Below, in pieces: positions 61,058 to 64,000 of a stretch of 64,000 nt of DNA. The number at the start of each line of letters is the position of its first letter. Position 1 is the stretch's first letter. Below the pieces are notes generated by a model that was given only the letters and a program-made list of their open reading frames with translations, had not been told where the DNA came from and searched no databases. The stretch spans positions 10,592,001 to 10,656,000 of the forward strand of contig CP068257.2 in assembly GCA_009914755.4 (NCBI GenBank), given 5' to 3'. A program made the position numbers and the translations under genes. The stretch is from the human T2T-CHM13v2.0 reference genome, Homo sapiens.

Positions 61058-61838
61058 CTACCTGTTTGGACCGAGGTCTACCAGGAGAAAATTTTCTCTT
61101 AGTAATAGCTGGTTTACCCATGCCAGTTTTTTGGAGTGACTGAGATGTAAGTTGTTGGCATGATGTTTCCAGCAGAGGAACTAAGAGCTGAAGGGTAATT
61201 ACGCAGCATGTCATGCGAAGGCAAGTCTGAAGAAGGTGTTGGGGAGGAAGACACATCTGCCTTGCTTATGTCTGCTGATAATGAAAATGATGACTCTGTC
61301 TCAGATGATAACTTTATAGATTTGCCTCCTTGGTATGAAACATCTTTCACACAACCCTCAATTGTAGGAGTCATTTCAGAGTCCATCAATCCAGTAGAAA
61401 GTTCAGAATCTTCTTTCTGTTCCTTTTCTCCTTGTAGCCTTTCTATAACCAACTGTTCCTCAGGACATAATGAAGTGCTTTCCTCATGTGGGGACACTAA
61501 GGTTTCTAGTGGAAGAGTGACAGATTCAATGACAAATTTTGGAGGCCTTGATTCTTCTTTGGATACCACTGTTTTAGGTTCCTCTAACAACTGCAGTTGC
61601 TCTTGCTGCACAGTGATCTGGTGTGTAACGACTTCAATGTTTTCTGTCACTTCCATTTTATCTTCAATTTGATCTTCGCCACAAATATGCTTCACTTCAG
61701 AAGACATTTTCATTTCTTCACTATCAGCCTCATTAGAAATCTGTTTTTCCAATTCGGTATTCACTGTATGTTGGGATGATATTACAAAATTCAGAACATT
61801 TGTTATGGTAATGTACAAACAAATTTTAAATTTTCTAA
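61058..61838 (-). CDS. KMT2C: KMT2C exon-14-like large exon (...SSQHTVNTELEKQISNE...YISVTPK / GMGKPAITKRKFSPGRPRSKQ). The 5' boundary is tentative (acceptor ctatag at 61839-61844). The 3' donor CAG|GTAGGG is at 61057/61058. A +1 frameshift lies in the A6 run at 61127-61132.
   Basis: The 247-aa ORF 61114..61857 and the overlapping ORF 61053..61256 are in different frames and abut at an A6 homopolymer. The downstream frame encodes the AT-hook-like KRKFSPGRPRSKQ and ends at a consensus donor. Residue spacing matches remembered KMT2C positions Q755, Y816 and G838, with exon 14 ending at codon 844. Confidence 0.8.
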
Positions 61839-62489
61839 CTATAGATATATAAAACATTTGGCTACACTAGAACTTAAATCAGAAGGTATTCATCAAAGCA
61901 GACAATTATTAAGTGAATGAAAGCCAAAGTACACAAGGATTTATGGATTAGAATCAGCCATACACCAGAAAACCTAATGAAAACATGTTTTACAACACAA
62001 GTACTTCCAAATGGATTGAAAATTACACAGGAAAAGTTCTCATACTCATTTTTTAGTTAAGAAAATGAGGATCAATCATGTTATGTGAGGTACCTAAGTT
62101 AAAAAGTAAAGACTGATCTAGAATGTGTAGGCATTTTCTAATAGTAGATACCCAGATGCGACAAAGTTACTATAGACTCAAAAGCACAGACAGAAAAGAT
62201 TTGCTAACCACCAATATTTATTTTGCTTAACCATACCTGCCAACCTAGCCAAAATATTCTTTGGATATAATCGTTGTTCTTCATCATTGTCTGTAAATTA
62301 AAAGACTAATCTCAGGAAATCTATAAACTTAGATATCAGAAACATAGTCACCGGTAAATTTTAAATCAGGATACCAGTATGTTAAACCTTTAACTCAATC
62401 TCATCAAGGTAATTTTTAAGTTATAGTAAAAAGACACTGCTAGCCTCATTTACCAATCAGTGACTAAAATTTATCTATTTATCTATGTT

Positions 62490-62730
<241 letters not shown>

Positions 62731-63195
62731 TGAAATCTCATCTTCTTTCCCACTTTATTGAAAGACTACAGGTAAGGATAAAAGAAAACTACCAAATAAC
62801 AGATCTGATAGTACAAAATATTTTTAATCATGACATCCCCCCTCCAAAAAAAAAGCCTTTCAAGAGAAACTAACCTACTTTAGATCCATTGTCAATTCTT
62901 TTCCAGAATCTCTTAACTAAAAGATTTAGTTACTGTAATGTATATACATACAGCAATTGCAAAAATGTCTTTGGGATAAAGACATTATCTTATAACTCAG
63001 TCAAATCAGACAATATGAACATACTGCTTACCAGCAATGAGAAGACTATCTGTGTCCTCTATACCCTCAGTGTAGGGAAAGGCTTTCTGAATATGACTCA
63101 AAAATCCAGAAGCAAAAGAAGATTAATAAATCTAACTCCACAAAAAGAAACTTTTGCATGGCAAAAAAATAATAATAAAAACAAAGTCAAAAGAC

Positions 63196-63440
63196 ACATA
63201 ATACAGCCTGGATAACATGGTGAGACCCTGTCTCTACAAAAGTAAAAAATTAGCTGGGCTTCGTGGTACATATAACTCCTAGCTAACTTGGGAGGCTGAG
63301 GCAGGAAGATTGCTTGAGCCCAGGTCAAGGCTACAGTGAACTATGACCATACCAATGTATTATGGCCGGGGTGACAGGGTGAGACACTGTCTCACACAAA
63401 TAAGCAAAAAAAAAAAAAAAAAAAAAAAAAAGAACAAATA
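63196..63440 (+). mobile_element. Partial Alu on the plus strand with a long poly-A.
   Basis: cagcctggataacatggtgagaccctgtctctacaaaagtaaaaaattagctgggcttcgtgg...gagacactgtctcacacaaataagcaaaaaaaaaaaaaaaaaaaaaaaaaa. Confidence 0.85.
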
Positions 63441-63739
63441 AGCTAGCAGAAAGTATCTGCATCATGTAACACATATAAAGGCTTACATCCCTAACTTATA
63501 AAGAACTCTTAAATTTAGGGAAAAATGCCAAAATCTTCAATAACAGGCAAAACACATGAACAGACAATTCATGAGAAGAAATAAAAACTGACCCTTAAAC
63601 ACATGAAAAAACGATCAACTTCACTCTTAGGATAAACAAAAATTAAAACTACATTGATACACTACTTTTCACCCAGAAGACAGACAAACATTCAAAAGCT
63701 AAACAAGTCATCCTGTTAGCAAAGACGTAGGAAAAGTTC

Positions 63740-64000
63740 TCTCACACATCTCTGGTGGCAATGCAAAGTACCATAAGCCCCAAAAAAGGGAATTTCACAG
63801 TATCTAACAAAGCTACATATGTGTACACTCCTGAGGCAATAATCCTAGGAATTTACCCTACAGATTTGTCCCTGAGAATTCAAAAACACACATGCACAAA
63901 GCCAGGGAGTGTAAAATCATTTATAATGCAAAATATCATAAACTACTGAAATACCAAAGCACAGGCCACTGGTTGAGTAACCGATAGCACAGATACACAA
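63740..64000 (+). mobile_element. Old LINE-1 3'-region fragment running off the window edge.
   Basis: ...tctctggtggcaatgcaaagtaccataagcccc...ctgaggcaataatcctaggaatttaccctacagat... resembles the L1 ORF2 C-terminal DNA ggaatgcaaaatggtacagccac...ccactcctaggtatatacccaagag. Confidence 0.4.

Noticed and set aside
61114-61116. Alternative reading in which exon 14-like simply ends at the cryptic donor GG|GTAAAC (the stop TAA being part of the donor) and there is no frameshift.
   Set aside because: The downstream frame encodes an AT-hook-like KRKFSPGRPRSKQ and ends at a far better donor (CAG|GTAGGG). Remembered KMT2C residue numbering (Y816, G838, exon end at 844) fits only the continuous-exon model. 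I keep it as what would refute finding 3.

Overview
This 64 kb window is primate (human-type) nuclear genomic DNA, not a prokaryotic or viral locus. There is no operon, CRISPR array or compact gene system here. The background is AT-rich intronic sequence saturated with Alu SINEs (more than 30 copies or fragments on both strands, many with visible target-site duplications). It also carries several LINE-1 fragments of different ages, one LTR-like repeat and a few microsatellites.

The main biological content is a multi-exon gene segment on the minus strand, running from about 61.9 kb to 18.3 kb. From the encoded peptides and splice sites I recognise it as the histone-lysine methyltransferase KMT2C (MLL3), exon-14 to exon-25 equivalents. 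It covers the large acidic/Ser-rich exon, the Gly/Arg-rich basic exon, two PHD-type zinc-finger exons and the exons that follow. All exon junctions keep phase.

The copy in this window carries several lesions that a functional KMT2C could not tolerate:
- an in-frame TGA inside a PHD exon;
- a +1 frameshift in a homopolymer inside the large exon;
- an Arg replacing a zinc-ligand Cys;
- an anomalous 3' end of the preceding PHD exon.

Its peptides differ from my memory of functional KMT2C at roughly 2% of residues. I therefore interpret the segment as a paralogous, pseudogenised KMT2C copy of the kind known from hominid segmental duplications (the pericentromeric KMT2C/BAGE-associated duplicons), rather than the functional 7q36 gene. 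This cannot be proven without database alignment.

The second notable element is an orphan CpG island of about 1.5 kb at 12.2-13.7 kb, inside the intron-equivalent downstream of the last recognisable exon. It abuts a truncated old L1 fragment abruptly, contains a tandem 31-bp GC-box repeat, an E-box and a long G-tract, and has candidate divergent exon-1 donor sites on both strands. It looks like an unannotated bidirectional CpG-island promoter and/or a rearrangement junction.

I found no protein-coding gene other than the KMT2C-like segment. All other long ORFs in the supplied track are Alu-derived, L1-derived or GC-composition artefacts.
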